Numbered from the stretch's first letter, positions 39,195 through 51,898 are shown. The stretch is DNA of 64,000 nt from Octopus sinensis (GCF_006345805.1 NC_042997.1:33604001-33668000), one strand, 5' to 3'. Translations and numbers: made by a program. The notes: generated from the letters alone by a model not told the origin.

Positions 39195-40985
39195 CCAACC
39201 ACTCCGAGAGTGTAGTGGGTGCTTTTTAGATGCCACCAGCATAGAAGCAGCTAGTCAGGTGGCACTGGCATCAGCCACATTCAGATGGTGCTTTTTTTAT
39301 GCTATTGGCAAAGGAGCCAGTCATAGAGTGGGGCTGGCATCGATGGGATGGTGCTTTTTATGTGTCACCGGCACAGGGAGCCAGTCAGACGACACTGGCA
39401 ATGACCCATGCATGAATGGTACTTATTGTGTGCCACCAGCATAGGAGCCAGTCAGGCAGCACTGGCATCAGTCACAACTACAATTTCCCTTTGATTGTAA
39501 TTTGATTTTGATTGTACTTGACTCAATAGGTCTTCTCAAACACAGCATGTCACCTGACAATTCAAAAGTACTTTTTAAATGGGCTGTTATGTGACACTGG
39601 TGTAGGCTACAGCAGTGATCTCACTTTACTTGCCAGGTTTTCTCAATCACAGCATATCTCCTCATCCATATGCAGTACGTGACTAGCGCTGTTGTCTCTC
39701 TAGCACACCACAGCCAATGCTTCTTATGTCCATTTCTCTCAGGGTGCTTACACTCTCTCGTGTGTCCACACTGACATGACACATCCAGCGGATCATGCTA
39801 GCTTCATTTCTTTCAAGCCTACACATGTATTCAGCAAGTCACGACTCCTGTTTCACTACCGCGTAGCATGACAGTTCGCACACATGCATCATACAATCTA
39901 CCTTTCACTCTGAACAAGGCCTTTTGTCACCAGTAGAGGTAGGAGCTTTCTGAACTTTGCCCAAACCATTCTTATTCTAGTGGCAACGCTCTGAGCATCC
40001 ACCCCCACTACAGCCTTGGTAGAAGCTATCAACTACTTCTAGTTTCTTCCCCTGACATGTGATGGAATCAGTTTCCTGAGCATCTGCGGTGTTTATTGAA
40101 TCTACCGCAAACAAAAGCTATCTTCCCGGTTAACCTTCCTTTGATGTTGTTGCACCTCTTATGTGTCCATAGCTTAAACTAGGTACATCTTATGGAGTTT
40201 CTACCTACACCTTTTCTACAGATCGAGCAGGGCCATCTACATGAAGGGGTTTGTGATGTGTTCACCTTCCTACTTACTAGGACTTTGGTTTTTGCAACAT
40301 TTATTCTAAGGCCCTTCGATCCTAAACCTTGCTTCCACACCTGAAATTTCATCTCTAGTTCTGGTAGCAATTCTGCTATGAGAGCAAGGTAATCAGCATA
40401 AAAGAGCTCCCAGGGGAAACCTGTCTTGAATTCCTCTGTTATTACCTGGAGGACTATGATGAATAAGAGGGGGTTGAGATCTGATCCTTGGTGAATCCCT
40501 ACTTCTACCCAGAATTCTTCACTATACTCATTGCCACCCTTACCTTATTAACGGCATCCCTGTACAGCTCTTATTAACCACTCGTCAATCTTCAGTTTTT
40601 GTATCGCCCACCAGATAAGGGATCAGGGGACCCTGTCAAAGGCTTTCTCCAACTCAACAAAAGCCAAGTATAGAGGTTTATATTTAGCTAGGTAGTTCTC
40701 CTGCAGTTGCTGTACCAAAAATATAGCATCAGTGGTGCTTCTACCTGGCACAAAATCATACTGTATCTCATCTAAGCAGACTCTCTCCCAAATTAGTTGG
40801 GCTATGACCCTCTACGTAACCGTCATCACCTGATCCAGCAGTTTGATACCCCTGCAGTTACTTCTATCTAAAGCATCACCTTTACCTTTATAGCAGTTGA
40901 CTAGGGTGCTGCTATGCCAGTCGTTGGGTAAGACTCCTTCGTGAACTACCTAGTTTACAATACAGGTGACTCTTTGTATAACATT
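39195..40985 (-). mobile_element. 5'-truncated RTE LINE: RT domain, ORF2 end and 3' UTR
   Basis: NCYKGKGDALDRSNCRGIKLLDQ, QLQENYLAKYKPLYLAFVELEKAFDRVP and FPWELFYADYLALI (YADD changed to YADY), with in-frame stops and frameshifts. Confidence 0.9.
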
Positions 40986-41713
40986 GTTTCTATTATTTAT
41001 ACATAATTATAAGTATATATAATGGCATTGACTAAGCTTTAAAAAAATTGCTGAACTTTGCCGACCTCTCAGATTGTAAAGACTGCATCCAAGTTGTTGC
41101 TACAATCTATTAAGATCATGAACAAGGCGATATTTTCGAGTGAACTCCATTCATTCCTAGCCAACTATCAGTAACAATAAGAGGGAGACTATGGAGTTGC
41201 TAAAAATAGCAACTAGATTTCAAAAAAGTAAAACATCCTACCATTAAATTAAAGAATGCATTAGATAAATGTAGTAATTAACATCATTTAAAGTGTGTTT
41301 TCCATGCTAGTATGGGTTGGACAGTCTGACAGGAGCTGAACAGCTGCCAAGGTTCCAATTGTCTGTTTTGGAAAGGTTTGTATGGCTGGATGTCTCTCCT
41401 AATGCCAACCACTTCACAGAGTGTATTGAGTGCTTCTTACATGACACTGGCACTTTTACATGGTACAGGTCCATAATCTTTGGTACATTATGTCTGAGAA
41501 AACATGAGATGATTAGCCATAAAAACCGAAGTGTTCAAACAAAAACCCTCATTGGGAGGGTACAAACATGGCTCTGTAATTTTAAAAAAAATGTGTGTTG
41601 CATAGCTGTAGGGTCTCAGTTTCAAGCTTACTACATGGCCTTTTCTACGAGAGTCATTGGTCAACCAAAACCTTGTGAGTGGAATTTGGCAGACAGAAAC
41701 AGTAAGGATATAA

Positions 41714-42110
41714 GGCGGTGAACTGGCAAAAACGTTAGCACGCCGGGCGAAATGCTTAGCGGTATTTCGTCTGTCGTTATGTTCTGAGTTCAAATTCCGT
41801 CGAGGTCGACTTTGCCTTTCATCCTTTCGGGGTCGATAAATTAAGTACCAGTTATGCACTGGGGTTGATATAATCAACTTAATACCTATGTCTGTCCATG
41901 TTTGTCTCCTCTATGTTTAGCACCTTGTGGGTAATAAAGAAATAGGTATTTCATCTGTCATTACGTTCTGAGTTCAAATTCCGCCGAGGTCGACTTCGCC
42001 TTTCAGGGTCGATAAATTAAGTACCAGTTACGCACTGGGGTCGATATAATCAACTTAATCCTTTTGTTTGTCCCCTCTATGTTTAGCCCCTTGTGGGCAA
42101 TAAAGAAATG
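41714..42110 (+). mobile_element. SINE B head-to-tail dimer
   Basis: Full copy plus a second unit starting at GGTATTTC (41945). The whole dimer is flanked by a 17-bp TSD AGAAACAGTAAGGATAT. Confidence 0.9.
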
Positions 42111-43267
42111 AGAAACAGTAAGGATATTGGTCAGTGAGACTGTTCTTGTTTTAACATCACAGACTTAATTTGTAACCTGGTTTAACAATCCTACCTAGCC
42201 CATGGGTCCATGGGTGCCTTTAGCAGATTTTTGAGCTGCAGGGGTATCTAATTTGTTCCTAAAACCTGTTCTTCCTTTCTTCAGTCTTTGTCTTTTCTGG
42301 CTCTTTCTCCTGTTCTTGCTGTTGTTTAGCCCAGGGCAAACAATCACGAAACACATTCCAGTCATAACCATTTCTTTTTCTTTTTGGTATAACTTAGACT
42401 ACACTGTCAAATGTGTCTTATTTTTAAGACAATAATATGATGTGAGGGAATTTAGTTGCTATTTCTAGCAGATTAAATAACTTCATAAAGTTCCCACTAG
42501 GTGTACTTTGCTATGTGTTTCTTTGACATTCACACTTGCTAAAATATAGTCAAGGATAATCAAACAATTAAATATTTGAGCTTAATCGATTTAACAAGGG
42601 ATTAGAATTATAATTGATTTGTTTATCTAATAATAAAACAAATGAATAATTTTGGTTATGACACACAATAGCTGAGAGGTCAGTGATCTAACTTCCTTAT
42701 ATCAAACACTATTATAATCATTATGCTGATTCTGTTAGTCTTAGGATCCATTAGCAGTAATGTGATGGGGGCAACTGCTCAAACAATAACCCCTAACTAA
42801 AGGACACAAACATGGTTGTGTTGTCAAAAAGTTTGCATTTCAACTGCATGATTTCAGGGTCAATTCTACTGTGCAGTTCCTTCAACATGTATGTTCTATT
42901 ATAGCCTTAGATGGAGGAGGGCAAATAAAGGGTGGCAAATGAAATTCACAAGCTGGAAATTGGTCAATAAGACCGTTGGTGTTTAAAGATTGTAGACTTC
43001 ATCTATAACTTGGTTTAACATTCCTATCTATCTTTAGCAGACAACACTGTTACACACCTTTGATCCAGGGGCTCTGGTTTGAGAACTTTCTCACACCTTC
43101 CTTACCTCCAGTATCAGAGGCCCTGAAAAAATGTCATGGGAGCTGCTCTTATTTCTTTGACTAAGCTGTTTAAGAAAAAAAATAAAACATTCATACTAAC
43201 ACAGAAAAATAATTAAAAACATGAGAAAATTTTACTCAAAAAATAACAGCATCTTTCAGGGCATATA

Positions 43268-43985
43268 TGTCATCATCTTCATCATCATAACATCTGCTTC
43301 TCCATATTTTCATGGGTCGGATGGAATTTGTTGAAGTAGACTTTTCAACAGCTGGATGCCCTTCTGTTTGCAAAACCTTACCTGTTTCCAAGCAAGGCAA
43401 TATTTCCCTATGGTCGGGCATGTTTTCACAGAATATTGCAAATTAATGACATTAGTTTACAACAATCCCATGAATGTCAAGACGAGTAGACACACACACA
43501 CTTGCATATAATATGTATTACGCTTCTCTCAGTTTCCATCTATCAAATTCACTCACAAGGTTCTGATTGGCCTAGGGCTATAGTTTGTTCCTTCTCGATC
43601 CATGCCTGACTCATAAGGGTCGGTTTCCCGGTTTCCTTGGCGTATAGGTTCCTCACCTGGACAGGACACTGGTCCGTCGCAGGTGAGCTGCAGATGCAGG
43701 AGGAAAGAGTGAGAGAAAGTTGTGGCGAAAGAGTCAGCAGAAGTTTCGCCATTACCTTCAGCCGGAGCCGCTTGGAGCTTAGGTGTTTCGCTCATAAACA
43801 CACACATCGCCCGGTCTGAGATTCGAATCCGTGATCCCTCGACCGCGAGTACGCTGCTCTAACCACTAGGCCATGTGCCTCCACACTGGGGCTATAGTAG
43901 AAAGCAATTATCCAAAATTCCACACAGTGAGACTGAACCTGAAACGATGTGGTTGGAAAACTAACTTCTTAACCACAAAGCCATG
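43268..43985 (-). mobile_element. SINE H with a nested D-head SINE variant (43585-43886)
   Basis: Nested element flanked by the 10-bp TSD GGGCTATAGT; it has a D-type head and a different tail (...GCGACGGACCAGTGTCCTGTCCAGG...). Confidence 0.8.
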
Positions 43986-44390
43986 CATGTTTAAAATTAC
44001 ATATACCTAAATTATAGAGTTTCCCCCATTTCAGATACTTAACAAGAATAACAGGTTACTCAGCTTTCACCATAACACACAAAACCTCTACCATTAATGT
44101 ATACCACAAGATGATATATGGTTATGGTATCTGTGACAGTGAGCCGGAAGTTGATACTTTCTTTACAGTTGTTCTGACAACTCAGCCATCCCCGCCAGAC
44201 TCTAAATTTAATTCTTACTAAATCAATTTGGTCTTCCTATCTATTTATTCATGGAATAAGTAGCAATATATACAGCAAGTCAATCAGTCACTCAACTCGG
44301 TCAATGCCATCACCATTATCACGGTTCAAGTCTATACAACACAGAAAGAGAGGAGGCCTAATTTGATGACTTATGTAATATGGTTTAGTG

Positions 44391-44613
44391 CAGTGGTTCC
44401 CAGAGTGGGGTGATATGGGATGGCCAAAAGTGAGTGATGGATATAAAAAAAAAAAATAATAAATTAATTAGGTTAAGTTTTATTTGTGAAATACAGTAGT
44501 GAATCTGCTGCAGAAAGTGGTCTATGTTTGTGGTGATGAGTGAGGGGTGGGACGCCAGGAATGTGGCCTGGTTGCCAAGGGGACAGCAGTCTGAAAAATT
44601 TTAGGAATCACTG
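44391..44613. mobile_element. hAT-type MITE
   Basis: TIR CAGTGGTTCCCA / TAGGAATCACTG with an 8-bp TSD GTTTAGTG / GTTTAGTA. Confidence 0.75.
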
Positions 44614-45240
44614 GTTTAGTACCTGCAATGTTCTGAGTTCAAATCTCTTGAGCTGACATTTGATATACCCTTAACCTGCCAAATTGGTTTTCCCCTTCCT
44701 TAAATTAATTGTGAAAATAGTATCAATTATAATCCAAACCATCCTCCTCTTCAGTTTTAACATTAATTATTATTACTTTCTGACTATTTACCGAGTTCAA
44801 ATCCTGCTACGGTCAACTTTGCTTTCGTCCTCCTGGGGTCGATGGTATCAACAAAACCTCTCCCCTCAAGATAGCTGGCCTTGCGTATATATCAAAAATC
44901 ATTATTATTATTAAAAATATATACAACACCAGTAAGCAAAACATAGTTATTCTCAAGCTAACGGGGGGGTGTCTCTGCATAGTCGCTCCACCTGCTAGGA
45001 ATAGCAGCCAGATCTCTTACAAATAGCACGATATTCTTTAAATAAAACGGATAACGTTCTCCATAAAACATTACCTGAAAACAAAACGGGAAAGTCACCA
45101 ATGGAACGTTTTTGATCATGGGGGGGGGGGTCTGCTCAATCAGGTTGACATGGGAGCTAAACATCAAAACATCAACAACAATACAATGAAGACAAGAATT
45201 TAATTTAGAGAAAAATATCAGAAATAAGATGTGTACATAC

Positions 45241-45286
45241 CTTCGTTGGTGAATAAACTCCACAGTTTTGAAAAGAGAAAGCCCAT
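45241..45286 (-). CDS. ARL5: First coding exon of an ARL5-family (ADP-ribosylation factor-like 5) small GTPase; remainder of gene not found in window
   Basis: Minus strand ATGGGCTTTCTCTTTTCAAAACTGTGGAGTTTATTCACCAACGAAG|GTATGT gives MGFLFSKLWSLFTNE plus a phase-1 codon start. It matches ARL5 N-termini from memory (human ARL5B MGLIFAKLWSLFCNQEHK, fly Arl5 ...FGNEEHK), has the myristoylation Gly2 and ends at a good GT donor. Plausible upstream acceptor CCTTGTTTCAG| at 45317. Confidence 0.88.
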
Positions 45287-46780
45287 GTCAAAAGCTAGTC
45301 CAGACTACAGTCGGGACTGAAACAAGGACCAAACTCTTAAGGAAGGGCTTAACAGGTGCTTAGTAGGCAATGTTTTTTTTTTTTAATATATTTCTAATTA
45401 AATTGCTATCCTTTTTTCTTTATTCCTCCTTTTTTTTCATTTTTTCAACTGTTTTTAATTTATAGTATTTTCTGGTTAATGTAAGTATATCTTATTATGT
45501 TTACTGTTTTACAAGAAAGGGTGTGTGTGAGAATTTCTCAATGCTGAACGATTCTAAGAAAAACAAACAAAAATTATTAGTTTACTTTCCTTTGCTTTAC
45601 ACACTAACTAAAACCACCCCTGTGAACCGATTCTATTTTAAAATGTTGAGTAAATATCCTTTCCCCAATAATTCAACAATGGGAAAAGTCGTGTGAGTGA
45701 AGACAAATAAGTCAACAAGTAAATAAATACCCCTTATTTGTATTTTTTCAATTCTTTATATTTACACACTGACGTTGCTGGTTAGTGGTATTATAATTAT
45801 ATTGTTATTTCTACAACTACCGCTTACACAAGAATTACCCCATGAGGTGGAAATACCCAACGGACTAAATAGCAGAGGTTATTTATAAAAATATCCATGA
45901 AAATGTGTTTCTATCATAGATACAAAAGAGTCAGTGCAGATACGTGTATTTCATTCCCAACATCAAATATCGCTTGTGTATATACGTGTATATACGTATG
46001 TATCTATGTGTGTTTTATATTCAAATATCAAAAGCATATACACACATATATATATGTTGGATTTAAATTTAAATATCGGTGTTTTTTAATTGTCGCTGAT
46101 GTGTAGTATATCAGCGCACTTCATCCACACAAGATATTGAATACAGTGCGTGAATATTTATATATATATATATATTATTTGTTGTCTATACATTTATTGC
46201 CAAAAAGGAAAACAAAGGATAGATTATAATATGCCAAGTAAAATAGATTTCTATTTGTCTAAGTGAAATACTTCAAATCATTTATGAAAACTCTGAAACA
46301 CATCCGCTATAGTCTATATATATATATATGTTTATCTACGTACTTCTAGAGAGATATATAGGCATGTACATTTTGTGTGTGTGTGTGTTATATGTATGTG
46401 TGTAAGTGTGTAGATGTGTAAATATTTATACAATATATAGTGTATGTATGTGTGTGTGTGTGTCTAAACTACATTGGAATTATGTCAGTTTATGGCACTG
46501 TAGCTATTACTTTTAGGAGGAATTCTTACAGGAAGCAATCTTGAAGACGTTTTGTAGGGGATAGTAATAACAAAAGCAAAAAAAAAAAAAGGGGAAAAAA
46601 AGGAGTAGGATCAATATCAAGTTGGCTGACTCCTTCCTCTCTTAGTCACCACCATGTTGCTAATAATTATGTTCCAGTATGGCACAAACCATATACATGT
46701 GAGCTGCCAAAAATAAAGAAAAAGAAAGAAAATATAATAGACTAAAATAAATAAACTGCGTGTGTGTATGTGTGTGGCTA

Positions 46781-46828
<48 letters not shown>

Positions 46829-47097
46829 CATGGCTTTAATAGATTGTTAAAGGGATATAAAGATGGGAGATGGATGGGTGTGTGATGATGACTGGATCGT
46901 TTAGGAAGATGGTGAAAAAATTACTTTGTGTAAGAAATATGGAATAAAAAAAAAAAATAACAGTGTCCAAGTCGGTATGAAGTGAACACGGAACACACAA
47001 ATCTATGAAACAATTCTTTTTCCAGTATACACATGAATAAAATAAAAGTATTGATATTGACTTAATTTATCACATATATGTATGTATGTATGAAGAG

Positions 47098-47380
47098 TGA
47101 TACACACCACACAATATATATGTGTATATATGTATATATATATACATGCACACCACACAATATATGTGTATATATATATAATATATATATATACATACAC
47201 ACCACACAATATATGTGTGTATATATGTATATATATATATATATACATACACACCACACAATATATGTGTATATATGTATATATATATATACATACACAC
47301 CACACAATATATATGTATATATATATACATACACACCACACAATATATATGTATATATATATATATACATACACACACAC
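47098..47380. repeat. Minisatellite: about six CATACACACCACACAATATAT cores separated by variable (TA/TG) tracts
   Basis: Direct observation. Confidence 0.9.
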
Positions 47381-48265
47381 CAAAGCGCGAGATAGTATTT
47401 TGAGAAACGAGATAAAGATTTTTTTTATGGAGAAAGGGTAACTGTGTGTATATATGTGTGTGCGTATATAAATAGATAATATGTGTGTAGCTAAAGTTTA
47501 AAGGGAAGAATGTGTGAATCAATAAAAGCGAAAGATAAACCCTTATAAATAAGTACAACAATACCTGTAAACACAACATATGTTATGAGTGAGCCAACGA
47601 GGAAGCCTCGACATCGTTATCCTATCTGCTAGAAACAGCAGCCTAATCTTCCTCAAAGCACACCCTATCGTAGTGAGTAAGGAAAGAACACAATGGATAG
47701 TGTATTCCTATAGTATACTCCTAAAAGCGATAGGATGGTCTTGGACATTGCTGGAATGCCTATGATCATAGGCCTGCTCGATTAGCGTTGACTCGGGGCT
47801 AAACAACCACGTTTAAGTGTGTGGGGGGGGGAGAGGGGCACACATGTAATAGTAATGCATGCATAGCTCGGTGCGCGAGTGAGTGTATATGTATTCGTCG
47901 TGTATACACACAAAAGCTGTCAACAATGAGTCGCAATGTGATGATAAACGTGGAGCACTATAAAGATACCCAGAGAACAAATTTTTTTTCTTCTTCTTCT
48001 TTCAAAGCCAACAAATAGTCTTAATTACCGCATCAAAGAAACAGAGGCGAAAAAGAGGGGGTACCTTTTGATAGAGTCATATATCTCCCTCTCCTAAACA
48101 CACGAACTATTGATATTCAATCCTTTCTATTACGTTTTTAATAGCATCCAAACTCTTCCTTCGTGTGACATTTCCAACACAGTTACTAGCAATTCACAGT
48201 ATATATCTATGTGTAATTACAAGCCTGGTTGCTTAGAATGGCTTTAATGTCAGCGAGTGCATTTT

Positions 48266-48330
<65 letters not shown>

Positions 48331-48334
<4 letters not shown>

Positions 48335-49673
48335 CCTTTTAAGTGCTGTGGTTTTACTGGGATCTCCTTTTAAGTAGAAAGAATAGCCATAACTCTTTGA
48401 CTGCTATTTCTAAATTCGGTGTGTGTGGTGAGGCAAATCGTTGCTAAACCCTTAATTACTTAGTACTATATATATATATATATACACATACAGTGTGTGT
48501 GTGTACACACATGCTTTCAGAAACATCAAAACGTGAATGATTCGCATAAAAGTTCATTGCGGCATCATCCACTGAGAGGCTTTACCTGTTCGCTCAATCT
48601 GCTAGAAATAGAAGTTAACTATCACAATTTACGCTTCGTTGTCTTGTAAAGTAATCTCTATATATAATATATATAAAAAAAAAAAAAAAAGAAGGCAGTA
48701 GACATTAGACAGAGTAGCCTGATAAAAAGTCTTACGAGAGAGACACATTCACTGCTATAGAATGCTTTTAATCATATATTGACAAGGCTGACCTTGCGAT
48801 TAAACAATGTTGTATAGCATTGCTAAAGCTAATAGCATGAGACATTTAAGGGGGAGGCTTTCGTTAAGGAGAATTTGTATATGATATTGTTCATCCAATG
48901 TATCAAAATTTGTCTTCCCCATTGTATAAACAATGCATACAATAGACTACCAACCATAACAGCATGGTCCTTGTTCCGTTTAAACATTGCATATGTTCAT
49001 CCAAGTTGTCAATAGGACTCTGGAATTTCAGAGAGGTCTGTCGTGATATTTTGAAATTAAAAACCTGACACATATGAGAAAAATACAGGTATTTAAGGAT
49101 GGGATATATCATTTTGCTTTTGAGCAGTTCTGAAATTTTTCGAAATATCAGATTAAAAAAATGGGGTGGGATCATTGAATAAAGGTATACATCTGTGTAA
49201 CGAAGAAATATTTTTCTTCTTAACGACTGTTTAATTTTTCAATATGTGTGTTTCTTAGCTTCCTGCGCTTGTTAAAGAAAAACATCAAAACATCAATTAC
49301 TACTAAATGGCTAATATTTTTTTTTTAAATCTTCATTTACCAATCATAAAGTCTTTTTGACACACACACATATATATATATGTGTGTGCTGTGGTTTTAC
49401 TGGGATCTCCCTTTTAAGTAGAAAGAATAGCCAAAACTCCTTGACTGCTATTTCTAAATTCGGTGTGTGGTGAGGCAAATCGTTGCTAAACCCTTAATTA
49501 CTTAGTATATATATATATATATATAATATATATATATATATATAAAAGCCTTTTAAGTGCTGTGGTTTTACTGGGATCTCCTTTTAAGTAGAAAGAATAG
49601 CCATAACTCTTTGACTGCTATTTCTAAATTCGGTGTGTGGTGAGGCAAATCGTTGCTAAACCCTTAATTACTT

Positions 49674-49712
<39 letters not shown>

Positions 49713-50770
49713 CAGTGTGTGTGTGTACACACATGCTTTCAGAAACATCAAAACGTGAATGATTCGCATAAAAGTTCATTGCGGCATCATCCACTGAGAG
49801 GCTTTACCTGTTCGCTCAATCTGCTAGAAATAGAAGTTAACTATCACAATTTACGCTTCGTTGTCTTGTAAAGTAATCTCTATATATAATATATATAAAA
49901 AAAAAAAAAAAGAGAAGGCAGTAGACATTAGACAGAGTAGCCTGATAAAAAGTCTTACGAGAGAGACACATTCACTGCTATAGAATGCTTTTAATCATAT
50001 ATTGACAAGGCTGACCTTGCGATTAAACAATGTTGTATAGCATTGCTAAAGCTAATAGCATGAGACATTTAAGGGGGAGGCTTTCGTTAAGGAGAATTTG
50101 TATATGATATTGTTCATCCAATGTATCAAAATTTGTCTTCCCCATTGTATAAACAATGCATACAATAGACTACCAACCATAACAGCATGGTCCTTGTTCC
50201 GTTTAAACATTGCATATGTTCTGCCAAGTTGTCAATAGGACTCTGGAATTTTCAGAGAGGTCTGTCGTGATATTTTGAAATTAAAAACCTGACACATATG
50301 AGAAAAATACAGGTATTTAAGGATGGGATATCATTTTGCTTTTGAGCAGTTCTTAAATTTTCGAAATATCAGATTATTAAAAAAGGGGGTGGGATCATTG
50401 AATAAAGGTATACATCTGTGTGAAGAAGAAATATTTTTTCTTCTTAACGAATTCAACGACTGTTTAATTTTTCAATATGTGTGTTTCTTAGCTTCCTGCG
50501 CTTGTTAAAGAAAAACATCAAAACATCAATTACTACTAAATGGCTAATATTTTTTTTTTAAATCTTCATTTACCAATCATAAAGTCTTTTTGACACACAC
50601 ACACACACATATATATATATGTGTGCGCTGTGGTTTTACTGGGATCTCCCTTTTAAGTAGAAAGAATAGCCAAAACTCTTTGACTGCTATTTCTAAATTC
50701 GGTGTGTGATGAGGCAAATCGTTGCTAAACCCTTAATTACTTAGTATATAATATATATATATATATATAT
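48331..50770. repeat. Tandem duplication with period of about 1214 bp
   Basis: 48331-49544 is nearly identical to 49545-50760, with a few substitutions and indels. Each unit starts and ends with a ~122-bp sub-repeat. Confidence 0.95.
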
Positions 50771-50891
50771 TTATTTTATAGAAGGAGCTTCTACAGGACT
50801 GTAGAAGCTCCTTCTATAAAATAAATTACTTTACTCTGCTATGTATTGAGTACCTTATTTACTGTGGTTAACCCCGACTCAACCCGGGACC

Positions 50892-50930
<39 letters not shown>

Positions 50931-51125
50931 TAATAAATAAAATATATGCATACATACAAACATATATATGTACGTACCTACATCTACATGTATATATACA
51001 TGCATATATATATGTATATAAAATACTTTCCTAAATTCTAATGAATTATTTTGGTTTGTACTCAGTCAAATGAATTTATATGGAAGGAAGGAAGAATTAG
51101 AATATTTTTTTTAAAAATAACTTAC

Positions 51126-51700
51126 CATAAATGATTTTTTAGGATTCCAGATGTAGAAGAGACGGTAAATGAATATATAAGAATGCAATAATAAAAGTAT
51201 GACAGATATTTGGGGGGGGGGTATTTTGGCTAATTGGTACTACTAATTTTCAGTTACGTTTCACAGTAGTGACACCGACCGGTAAATAAATTGTCTAAAC
51301 GAATAAATAAATCCACATAAGCCACGCTGCTGCTGCCCGTGAAGTACCAAAAAAACTAATAATTGAAATAAATGTGGTGACCAGCAGGCCTACCGACCGA
51401 CTTTACTATAACGGTGAGTTGGATACCAGCCACCACCACCAAACCATCATAGTGACGACGACAGTGGAGCCGACAGCTGTAACAAAATATACGGAAGTCC
51501 AAATATGACGAAAAAACAACGAGAACACGTCAACAAACCGGTGTAACGGCAATCGGGAAATTATTATAGTCCAATATTGCTTTTAGATATATATATAAGA
51601 TCACCTCAGTCGCGTCCCTTTATCGTTCTTCAAACCCCCCTCCCCACTTTCCCACCAGATTTTGTGATGACTTCGTTTTTCATCTTCCCCAGGGGGTCCA
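51126..51700 (-). promoter_or_regulatory. Probable ARL5 promoter and untranslated first exon
   Basis: Locally CpG-rich non-repetitive DNA with an ETS-type CGGAAGT (~51492) and short (GGT)n/(GTC)n/(GCA)n tracts. Candidate minus-strand donors at 51258 (AAC|GTAACT) and 51126 (ATG|GTAAGT). The TSS position is inferred, not observed. Confidence 0.5.
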
Positions 51701-51747
51701 TTAAAAGTACCAGTACGCAGTAATATTCTAGATTATTGGCCAATATA

Positions 51748-51898
51748 TATTTCTTTATTGCCCACAAGGGGCTAGACATAGAGGGGACAAACAAGGACAG
51801 ACAAATGGATTAAGTCAATTACATCGACCCCAGTGCGTAACTGGTACTTTATTTATCGACCCCGAAAGGATGAAAGGCAAAGTCGACCTCGGCGGAAT
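51748..51898 (-). mobile_element. 5'-truncated SINE B
   Basis: 15-bp TSD TTATTGGCCAATATA (51733-51747 and 51899-51913). Confidence 0.88.

Noticed and set aside
47003-47579. Long Y/I/C/H-rich ORFs and a CRISPR-like repeat-spacer look
   Set aside because: Low-complexity minisatellite in eukaryotic DNA; the spacers are (TA)n rather than unique, and there are no cas genes.
51411-51420. Strong plus-strand donor ACG|GTGAGT suggesting a divergent gene
   Set aside because: A single motif; I found no plus-strand coding exon downstream in 52-64 kb.
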